Part shown: positions 1-7,169 of the stretch, piece by piece
How the letters are laid out: each line of letters begins with the position of its first letter
How positions within the stretch are numbered: position 1 is the first letter of the stretch
Source: Clostridia bacterium
GTDB taxonomy: Bacteria > Bacillota > Clostridia > Christensenellales > UBA1242
Length of the DNA stretch: 64,000 nucleotides
Assembly: GCA_017467895.1 (NCBI GenBank)
Contig: JAFUKB010000014.1
Span: 7,870 to 71,869, forward strand
Direction: 5' to 3'
Translations under genes and position numbers: made by a program
Notes under the pieces: model-generated
Told to the model about the DNA's origin: nothing
The model's input: only the letters and a program-made list of their open reading frames with translations
Database searches by the model: none

Positions 1-1
1 G

Positions 2-205
2 TTTAAAGAAAGCACTTATGTTAAGGTTAAAAAACTTAAACAAATAAAAGATGACTATGGCGCTAGGTTCAAAATTGAGGTTGACGGCGGAATTGTGCCA
101 GAGATTTCAAAAAAACTAAAAACATTGGGGGTTGACATTATTGTGTCGGGCAACTATGTTTATGCGTCAGAAGATAGGGCAAGGGCAATAAACGAATTAA
201 AGTAA
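2..205 (+). CDS. rpe: ribulose-phosphate 3-epimerase, C-terminal fragment (5' end outside window)
   Basis: The frame is open from the window edge to TAA at 203-205. The translation ...KIEVDGGIVPEISKKLKTLGVDIIVSGNYVYASEDRARAINELK matches the conserved VDGG...G(A/V)D..V.GS..F C-terminus of Rpe. Confidence 0.6.
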   Translation, partial: FKESTYVKVKKLKQIKDDYGARFKIEVDGGIVPEISKKLKTLGVDIIVSGNYVYASEDRARAINELK

Positions 206-212
206 ACCGCGT

Positions 213-1217
213 ATGATAAAACAAGGCATAATTAAAAATATAGGAAAGTTTAATGATATCAAACTTGCAACAGGGCTTGATATGACTTTGTATGCCACAC
301 AACCGCGCGAGGCAAATTTGACAAACACGGGCATTTCAACCGAAACCTTTGGAGATAAGTGGTTTTTAACACCAAAGGGCAGAGCCCTTTTTAAAACATA
401 TGATTCGGGTTATTCTAAAGAAATTAGGCAAATAAGAATGCTTAATGAACTTTTGTGCCAAGAACTTTGTGCCCAAGTTGGCATTGCGTGCGCAACCTAT
501 GAGCCGGCGCAAAAAGACGGGCAAGACGGGTTAATTACTTATGATATTGCCGGTGAAGAAAATTCACTAGTGCCAATTCATAGGCTAATAAGGGTAAAAC
601 GCGGGCTAGACACAACACTTTTTGGCTGTGCTGAAGCCATTGATGTTTATGCATATAACGGATATGCTGTAAATAAAAAACAAGTTATTGTTGACCTGTT
701 TAAAATTTTGGTGTTTGACACCTTAACCCTGCAAACAGACCGCAATGATAATAATATTAACTTTTTGTTTGCAAATAACTTTAAAGGTATAAGAGTTGCA
801 CCATTAATTGATAACGAGTTTGCTTTTTGTGGTGAACGGCTAATGGATTGGTTAACTTGCCAAAATGTTGACGAAATTGATATTCAAGATATTTTGTCTA
901 TGCATGCGTTAAAAAGTAAGATTTTTACTTTTGATGATGCGTGCACGGCAAACGCAAAGCGCTTGCAAAACAATGTTGAACTTATTGCTTTTTATGCAAA
1001 AAAGCACCCTGCACTAAAAACGGCGCTTAATAATATGCTTCAAAATTTAAACCCAAAACAAGCATTTGCTGTTTTGGAGCAACAGGGCGTTGTGGTTAAT
1101 GAATATTACAAACAATATGTTTGTGAAATTGTTGAAACAACAAAACATATGCTACTGGCAGAGCGTGGCAAGCGCGTTTCAAAAGCACTTTTAAATGATT
1201 ACGAAAATATTTATTAA
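213..1217 (+). CDS. hypothetical protein with a possible HipA-C / protein-kinase-like fold
   Basis: 334-aa ORF. The segment VFDTLTLQTDRNDNNINFLF...APLIDNEFAF resembles a kinase catalytic loop (D-x4-N) followed by a metal-binding Asp, as in HipA_C. No HipB-like partner is adjacent. Confidence 0.45.
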   Translation: MIKQGIIKNIGKFNDIKLATGLDMTLYATQPREANLTNTGISTETFGDKWFLTPKGRALFKTYDSGYSKEIRQIRMLNELLCQELCAQVGIACATYEPAQKDGQDGLITYDIAGEENSLVPIHRLIRVKRGLDTTLFGCAEAIDVYAYNGYAVNKKQVIVDLFKILVFDTLTLQTDRNDNNINFLFANNFKGIRVAPLIDNEFAFCGERLMDWLTCQNVDEIDIQDILSMHALKSKIFTFDDACTANAKRLQNNVELIAFYAKKHPALKTALNNMLQNLNPKQAFAVLEQQGVVVNEYYKQYVCEIVETTKHMLLAERGKRVSKALLNDYENIY

Positions 1218-1294
1218 TTATTTATTTTTATTCTATTAAATATATTTTTTTAAATATTTTAAAATGTAAATTTAATTTTTTGTTATTATTAACA

Positions 1295-1333
1295 AAACCC
1301 TCTCAAACAAAGGCGTTGAGAGGGTTTTTTGTT
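1295..1333. terminator. bidirectional rho-independent terminator
   Basis: A 12-bp stem (aaaccctctcaa / ttgagagggttt) is followed by a T-run and preceded by an A-run. It lies between convergent genes. Confidence 0.8.
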
Positions 1334-1372
1334 TATTAATTAAACATTTTTCAAAAAAATAAATGCAAATTA

Positions 1373-2032
1373 TTATTGTGCAGTTTCTTCTTGCTCAATG
1401 CTTCCAGAAACAAACTTTATTTGCCTTGTGCAAATATCTTTAACTGTTTCAAAGTTGTCGCAAACGGCAATAAGTGTTACATCTTTGCAAACAAAAACAT
1501 CGCTAATTAGTTTAACAAATGCCTGTGCTTCGTCGGCGCTTAACTTGGCAAAAATGTTGTCAACAAGCAAAATGTTTAACTCACGCAGGCTAAGGCGAAT
1601 AAATGAGAGCAAATATTTTTCATAAAGGTCTAAATCTTTAACTTTTATGTTTTTGTATTTTTCAATTTTAAAATCAATTAATGCCTTGTTGATTTTGCTT
1701 TCTATTTCGGTTTTGTCAACTCCGCGCTCGGTTAAAACATACTTAAGGTTGTCATAAACGCTTTTGTTTTCAAAAAACACAGGAACTTCGGAAATATAGC
1801 CCAGTTGAATGTCGTCTTTAAAATCTATTTGCCTAATTTCACGCCCGTGCAAAAACACTTCGCCAGAGTCAAACTTTTCTAGCCCTGCAATAACCCTTAA
1901 AAGGGTGGTGCGCCCACTGTGTTCGTCGCCCACAAAGGCAACGCGCTCACTTTTTTCAATTTTTAAATTAATGTCATAAAGCGCGTAATATTCTCTAATA
2001 TATTTCAAAAAAAGGTTTTTAACTTCTATCAT
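1373..2032 (-). CDS. ABC-transporter ATPase-like protein with degenerate catalytic motifs
   Basis: It starts MIEVKNLFLKY, typical of ABC NBDs; the ORF-track start at 2116 adds 28 unlikely residues. Walker A is GDEHSGRTT (Lys to Arg). The LSGGQ signature is replaced by LDLYE, Walker B is LLVDN, and the H-loop His is absent. No SD precedes either candidate start. Confidence 0.6.
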   Translation of the reverse strand: MIEVKNLFLKYIREYYALYDINLKIEKSERVAFVGDEHSGRTTLLRVIAGLEKFDSGEVFLHGREIRQIDFKDDIQLGYISEVPVFFENKSVYDNLKYVLTERGVDKTEIESKINKALIDFKIEKYKNIKVKDLDLYEKYLLSFIRLSLRELNILLVDNIFAKLSADEAQAFVKLISDVFVCKDVTLIAVCDNFETVKDICTRQIKFVSGSIEQEETAQ

Positions 2033-2238
2033 AACTATAACAATATCAAATTTTGTGCAATTTGCAAAGAGATTTTTAAAAAATGAATAAAAGAAGAGAG
2101 AAAAATATGAAAACATTTCAAATTTTGCTTTGCGTATTCAAAAATGTGTGTTAATATGTTATATGAAATAGTTTCATAAGTGGCATATTTGTGCAGGAAA
2201 AAGAAAATACTATTTTAACCAAAATTTGGAGGTAGTTC

Positions 2239-3840
2239 ATGAAAAAAAGCATATGGCTTTCAATAGCAACACTTTGCATGTGCCTTGGCGTTATGGCGTT
2301 TGGGGTATATTCGGCAATAAGTGGCTCGCTTAACATAAGTGGCAACTTGGGCTTTAATTTGAACAACTGCATGGTTTCGGTTTCTGGCACAATTTATAAC
2401 TTGGCAGAACTTGATTCTGAAAGCACTTATGCAACTCGCACAAACCGCAACATTGCCAAAACCATTATGGGTGGCGAAAATCAAACCTCAGCAAACATAA
2501 GCGTTGGAAATTTAAGTTTTTATCGCGGGGCTTACACAAACGGCTCAACCACCACAGTTAAAACCTATGACATTGTTTTTGAACTCACCTTTGCAAACCT
2601 CCACACAAAAAGCGTTAAAGCAACCTTTCCAATGCCAACTGTTGGCGCTGGTGTAACCGTGCTACATAACGATACCACCAATGGCTATGTTGACTTTACC
2701 AATTCATACACAACAACAATCAGCGCTGGCGCTACAACCACAATCAAATTTGCCCTCAACTTAACCGACGAAGCAAATGTATTAAACACCATTGATTTTG
2801 CATGGGAGGGGATAACATTTGAGGAGTGGAGTTTAATAAAATCCGACACAATCCAAAACACCAACGACGCGCGCTATGGCACAGGTTCAACCACATATTA
2901 CTATATTGAAATGGGCACCAACCCATACAATAGAAGCGAAAAACTCCGTTGGGTACCAATAGCTGAATATGACACAACAACAAGCACATATAAACTGTTT
3001 GAAAAAACAAGCAAACCCGAAGAAGGTAAAACATACTACTTTATCTCGGAATATATCTTAGATGTAGAGAGTGCAACAAACTATGGTATTTCATATAACT
3101 TCTATAACTCACCAGCAACCAGTTACTCAGTATATTACAACGGCGGGGACGCAAGCACATTAGACGGCTATACAACACATACATTAAAACCAAATGATTA
3201 TTCGTCAAGTAATATACGCGCATATTTAAACGACAATTCAGATAACCCAGCATATCGCTATTACTCAGGCAACACAGCAAACGCAGGTTCAGCACAAAAT
3301 TATTACCCAAATGTGTCTACAGCATTAACAGGCGATAAATCATTTTTAACATACTTTGAAATTTCTTCAGACAGCGTATACAATATGATAACCGCACGTC
3401 CATTAGATTCAGCACAAAACGGAGCAACATTTAGTCTGTACTCCGACACTGGCACAACCTCAGCAACAACAACAAAAACAGCAGGCACATTTACAGCCTC
3501 ATCAAAAACAATAAACGAAAAAACAATCTCAACCTCAGCAACTGACTCGGATAAACTCTGGTGCTTAAGTTATTATGAAGCATGTAATTTCCTCGGACAA
3601 AAAGACGCAACACTAACAGCAGGTAGTGATAACTATAAAAAGAGTTACAAACTCCCAACGACAAGCCTTGCGGGGGACGGTACATTTGCTGGAACCGCTG
3701 GCACTTGGTGGTTGCGCACTCCGTTTTCGTCCTATGCGTACAATGCGTACTACGTGGGTACCAATGGCACCCTCACTGGCAATACTGCGTACCGTGCGAA
3801 CGGCGCGCGTCCGGCTTTTCAGATAACAATTCCAGCCTAG
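2239..3840 (+). CDS. secreted paralog 1: signal peptide, conserved N-domain, and DUF6273-like C-terminal domain
   Basis: SD ggagg lies upstream. The N-terminus is MKKSIWLSIATLCMCLGVMAFGVYSA. The DUF6273-type landmarks are YYYIEMGTNP..LRWVPI..YYFISEYIL, SNIRAYLN, LWCLSYYEA and WWLRTP...GARPAF. It is paralogous to 3942, 34454 and 62572(-). Confidence 0.85.
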   Translation: MKKSIWLSIATLCMCLGVMAFGVYSAISGSLNISGNLGFNLNNCMVSVSGTIYNLAELDSESTYATRTNRNIAKTIMGGENQTSANISVGNLSFYRGAYTNGSTTTVKTYDIVFELTFANLHTKSVKATFPMPTVGAGVTVLHNDTTNGYVDFTNSYTTTISAGATTTIKFALNLTDEANVLNTIDFAWEGITFEEWSLIKSDTIQNTNDARYGTGSTTYYYIEMGTNPYNRSEKLRWVPIAEYDTTTSTYKLFEKTSKPEEGKTYYFISEYILDVESATNYGISYNFYNSPATSYSVYYNGGDASTLDGYTTHTLKPNDYSSSNIRAYLNDNSDNPAYRYYSGNTANAGSAQNYYPNVSTALTGDKSFLTYFEISSDSVYNMITARPLDSAQNGATFSLYSDTGTTSATTTKTAGTFTASSKTINEKTISTSATDSDKLWCLSYYEACNFLGQKDATLTAGSDNYKKSYKLPTTSLAGDGTFAGTAGTWWLRTPFSSYAYNAYYVGTNGTLTGNTAYRANGARPAFQITIPA

Positions 3841-3941
3841 GGTGGTGGAATTTAGCCAAGGCATTTAGTTGGGGTACAAGGTGGCATGGTTAGCATTTTG
3901 GGTTAAAGAACAAAACAATTTTTAACAAAGGAGTTAAAATT

Positions 3942-5432
3942 ATGAAAAAACACAGCATTTGGCTTTCAATAGCAACATTGGCGCTATGTTTTGGCGTTAT
4001 GGCGTTTGGTGTTTATTCGGCAGTGAATTCCTCGCTTAATGTAAGTGGTTCGCTGGGCTTTGTTATGCATGATTGCATGGTGGAAATGTCTGGCACAATT
4101 TATAACCTTGCAGAGGGCGTGACCGACACAAATGCCTCGGCAACGCTTGGCAACCGAGAGATTGAAAAAACTGTGCTTGGAGGAGAATCAACCACCACAA
4201 ACAACTTTGCTCTTGACGACATGTATTTTTATTACGGTGTAGATTCAAGCACAGATCAAGCCAAAATGTTTGACATTGTTTTTCAAATAACCTTTAAAAA
4301 TGTTTTAACTTCAGCCGTTACAATTTCGGCGCCAAAACCAACGGTTGCCAATGCAACAGCAATCTCGGTTTTAGACTCCACCAACAATTCAGAATACACA
4401 ACATTTCCATACTCAACCACAATTAACGCAGGCGAGTCAACCACAATAATGTTTGCCCTACGCCTAAACGACTCCAGCGCCCTAACCGACAAAGTGGCAT
4501 TAACTTGGACGGGTATAACTTTTGAGGAGTGGAGTTTAATGAGATATGACTCAACAAACAACTATTATTACATAGAACTTGGCACAAATCCAGATGTGCA
4601 AGACCAATCGGGTAACAACGTTCCACTACGTTGGATACCATATGCAGAAAGTACAGACGGCACAACATTTAGTATATTTGATAGTGCAAGCGAGCCGAAG
4701 GCAGGCAATACATATTATTTTATCTCAGAATATGTGCTAAGTGCAGATGGTGGTGGTACTGCAATGGCAAACTATGGTTTATCATACTGTAATGATTATT
4801 ACAGTTTTCCAACGAACAACTATGCTCATAATACATATCAATCAGGCTCAGTATATATATCAGCCCATAATTATGCAACAAGCAACCTAAGGGCATATTT
4901 TAAAAGCACATCATCAAATCAAGTATCACAACATTATAAAGCAAATTCTAGTGATAGCAAAAAATACGAGCCAGACACAAACGTGCAAATCAATTTCTTG
5001 GATAGATTCGGCATAAGCAGTGATTATCTATATCAAAATAAAGAAAAATATGGAATAACTGCCCGCAGTTTGTCAGAACTGTATACCACCGACAAAAATA
5101 GCGTAGATTATGCAACATTTGAAAACACATTTAAAACAAGTAACCCAGAATTGTTCACAGATGATTATTTTTGGGCACCAAGCCTAGCCGAACTAACATA
5201 TGTTAATGGCGTTGAAGGCACTACTGTTGCTTCTGGCACTACTTATGCTAACTTGACAGCCTACCAAAGTTACGACGGAGGGAACACTGTCGCTTATTGG
5301 TGGTCGCGTTCTCCCGACGCGTCCGATGGCAGCTATGCGTGCTTCGTGTTTAAGAATGGCTACGTGGATAACGTCAATGTCAACGGTTACCTCGGCGCGC
5401 GTCCGGCTTTCCAAATAACAATACCTGCATAA
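3942..5432 (+). CDS. secreted paralog 2: signal peptide, conserved N-domain, and DUF6273-like C-terminal domain
   Basis: SD aaaggag lies upstream. The first ~170 nt are highly similar to paralog 1. It shares ITFEEWSL, YYFISEYVL and SNLRAYF, and the C-terminus YWWSRSP...GARPAFQITIPA has the same final 11 residues (GARPAFQITIPA) as paralog 1. Confidence 0.85.
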   Translation: MKKHSIWLSIATLALCFGVMAFGVYSAVNSSLNVSGSLGFVMHDCMVEMSGTIYNLAEGVTDTNASATLGNREIEKTVLGGESTTTNNFALDDMYFYYGVDSSTDQAKMFDIVFQITFKNVLTSAVTISAPKPTVANATAISVLDSTNNSEYTTFPYSTTINAGESTTIMFALRLNDSSALTDKVALTWTGITFEEWSLMRYDSTNNYYYIELGTNPDVQDQSGNNVPLRWIPYAESTDGTTFSIFDSASEPKAGNTYYFISEYVLSADGGGTAMANYGLSYCNDYYSFPTNNYAHNTYQSGSVYISAHNYATSNLRAYFKSTSSNQVSQHYKANSSDSKKYEPDTNVQINFLDRFGISSDYLYQNKEKYGITARSLSELYTTDKNSVDYATFENTFKTSNPELFTDDYFWAPSLAELTYVNGVEGTTVASGTTYANLTAYQSYDGGNTVAYWWSRSPDASDGSYACFVFKNGYVDNVNVNGYLGARPAFQITIPA

Positions 5433-5451
5433 TTTTGCAAATGCAAAAATT

Positions 5452-5491
5452 GGTTGCTTTGCAACCCGTGCGCGCCAATGTTTTGGCGCAC
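5452..5491 (+). other. two adjacent G/C-rich hairpins just downstream of the paralog 2 stop (not terminator-like)
   Basis: ggttgc-ttt-gcaacc spans 5452-5466. gtgcg(cg)ccaa-tgtt-ttggcgcac spans 5468-5491. Neither is followed by a T-run. The real terminator lies 100 nt further on. Confidence 0.6.
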
Positions 5492-5541
5492 ATGCAGGAA
5501 TTGATTTTAGGTTTCGTCGCGTCTAGCAAAATGGTGCAATA

Positions 5542-5583
5542 GTATTGCTTGACACTTTGGTTCTTGCAATCTTAGGGATAAAT
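5542..5583 (+). repeat. degenerate single copy of the 41-bp terminator-associated repeat
   Basis: attgc...ttggttcttgcaatcttagggataaa aligns with the repeat unit attgcattcgtgttgttcttgcatacttaaagaaaa at roughly 70% identity by eye. It lies just 5' of the 5597-5620 terminator hairpin. Confidence 0.4.
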
Positions 5584-5590
5584 ATTGAAT

Positions 5591-5627
5591 AAAAAAATAA
5601 ATGGCTTTCGTGCCATTTATTTTTTTT
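5591..5627. terminator. bidirectional rho-independent terminator
   Basis: The stem ataaatggc / gccatttat has a tttcgt loop, with an A-run upstream and a T-run downstream. It lies between convergent genes. Confidence 0.8.
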
Positions 5628-5633
5628 GCATAA

Positions 5634-5987
5634 TTACTTATTTTTTCCATGCCTTTTTAAATATTTTTTAAGGTCTTGTGAGTAAGTAGGAAAGCGATTT
5701 GCCAAATAATTTTGCCAAGCAGTTGAGTAATCTGTGTGGCAAAGTGGATAAAGACTTTTAAATTCAAAGTCAGTTAAAGTAAAGATGTTATATGGAACTA
5801 ACCCTAAGTTATAGTTAGATGAAACAACAATTCCGTTTTCGTCGCGAGAAGAAAGTTGCAAAAATGACGAAAAGTTAATAAATGTTGGTGTTGCATTGTT
5901 AAACAAGGCATTTTCGTTGCTAAGCACAGAAGATATAAAGTTAAAAATTTCTTGTTCAGTTAATTTTGGGTTGGTTATGTATTTCAT
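5634..5987 (-). CDS. hypothetical protein (117 aa)
   Basis: This ORF is the second gene of a two-gene minus-strand operon, 9 nt after the upstream gene. I recognise no motif. Confidence 0.55.
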   Translation of the reverse strand: MKYITNPKLTEQEIFNFISSVLSNENALFNNATPTFINFSSFLQLSSRDENGIVVSSNYNLGLVPYNIFTLTDFEFKSLYPLCHTDYSTAWQNYLANRFPTYSQDLKKYLKRHGKNK

Positions 5988-5996
5988 TTTTGCTCC

Positions 5997-6905
5997 TTAT
6001 TTTGATAACATGTCGCTAATTTCGGCATCTTGCATAAGTAGTTGTTGAGATGCGTATTTGTGTCTGTTTTTTGTTTTGTAAGCAAGCGGTGGATTGTGAG
6101 TGTAGTCAACACCCTCGGTGTAAGGAGAGAGTGTTTCTTCTAAGAATTTTTTTAATCCTTGTGCTCCACCACCATAAATGTATGCTTTTTTAATTAATGG
6201 TTTGTTTTTAATTATGTCAGCGTGGTGCAAGTAGGCAAGTGCGTCAAACCCGTCTTTTTCAATGGCTGAAGAAACAATTTCAATAAAATTGTCAAAAGTT
6301 TTTGGAATTATGCTTAAAACATCAACGCCAAACTTGCTTGCTTGTTCAACCCAAAGAGAATCAGGTAATTTTGCAAGCAGGTTTCTATAGTCATATTTTC
6401 GAGAGCCGTCATATTCATAATATGTGTTTTCAAAACATTCATGAATAACATATATAATGTTTAAATCTGGGAATTGATTAGCAAGCATATTAACAAACAA
6501 AGGGCTTTTAAACAAATTAGGATAATTTTCTAAAAGCCAAACCAAATGAGTTTCTTTTTTTACCGGAAATGCGCCTTGTTGTTTTGAAAGTTCGTGAGCG
6601 TAGGCGAGTGATAAATAATTTAACATAAAATTAAAACTATTTGTTAATTCTTCGTTTTTTGGTCTTAACCAAAAAATTAAGCCAGGCACCATGCTATAAA
6701 CATCTAGCAAAAATGCTGGATCAGAGAGGTGTTTGTCATCTAAAACAATTTGTGAATATTTTTCACTTTTAATAGTTTGCAAATACCACAATAGTTTTTG
6801 GTCAATTTGCTGTGGGGTGTCAACCTTTTTTACACCTGCTTTTTTTAATAATTTTGCGTATTTTTTTTGTTGTTCTTTGAGTTTGTTTAATTCTTCTTTA
6901 TTCAT
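5997..6905 (-). CDS. hypothetical protein (302 aa)
   Basis: Long ORF with a Lys-rich N-terminus and no signal peptide. I recognise no catalytic motif. Confidence 0.6.
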   Translation of the reverse strand: MNKEELNKLKEQQKKYAKLLKKAGVKKVDTPQQIDQKLLWYLQTIKSEKYSQIVLDDKHLSDPAFLLDVYSMVPGLIFWLRPKNEELTNSFNFMLNYLSLAYAHELSKQQGAFPVKKETHLVWLLENYPNLFKSPLFVNMLANQFPDLNIIYVIHECFENTYYEYDGSRKYDYRNLLAKLPDSLWVEQASKFGVDVLSIIPKTFDNFIEIVSSAIEKDGFDALAYLHHADIIKNKPLIKKAYIYGGGAQGLKKFLEETLSPYTEGVDYTHNPPLAYKTKNRHKYASQQLLMQDAEISDMLSK

Positions 6906-7169
6906 GTGGTTTCTCCTATTTTTATTCTAAAAAAGTTTAACATATAACAATTTTGTTTTCAATACCCAATTTTATTTCATAGCATGTTTTTTAGCAAAAA
7001 AATACAAAACTTTAATATCAGTATGCAAAAAATGCGTTGCGTGTTGTGGCATAAATTGTTACAATAGCATATTCGATATTTGCAAGTTAAAATAAAATTC
7101 AAAATTAGTGTGTTATAGTACAAAAAAATATTTTGCTTGTTAAAAAATTTATAACATTAGGGTGAAGAA

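Noticed and set aside
3841-3941. I looked for a DGR template repeat or reverse transcriptase inside the window. Regions checked were the spacers after each paralog at 3841-3941, 5433-5590 and 35807-36050, and all large ORFs.
   Set aside because: No ORF has reverse-transcriptase motifs. No non-coding segment shares both the tggtgg start and the ggcgcgcgtccggc end of the cassettes. Only short, chance-level similarities were seen.
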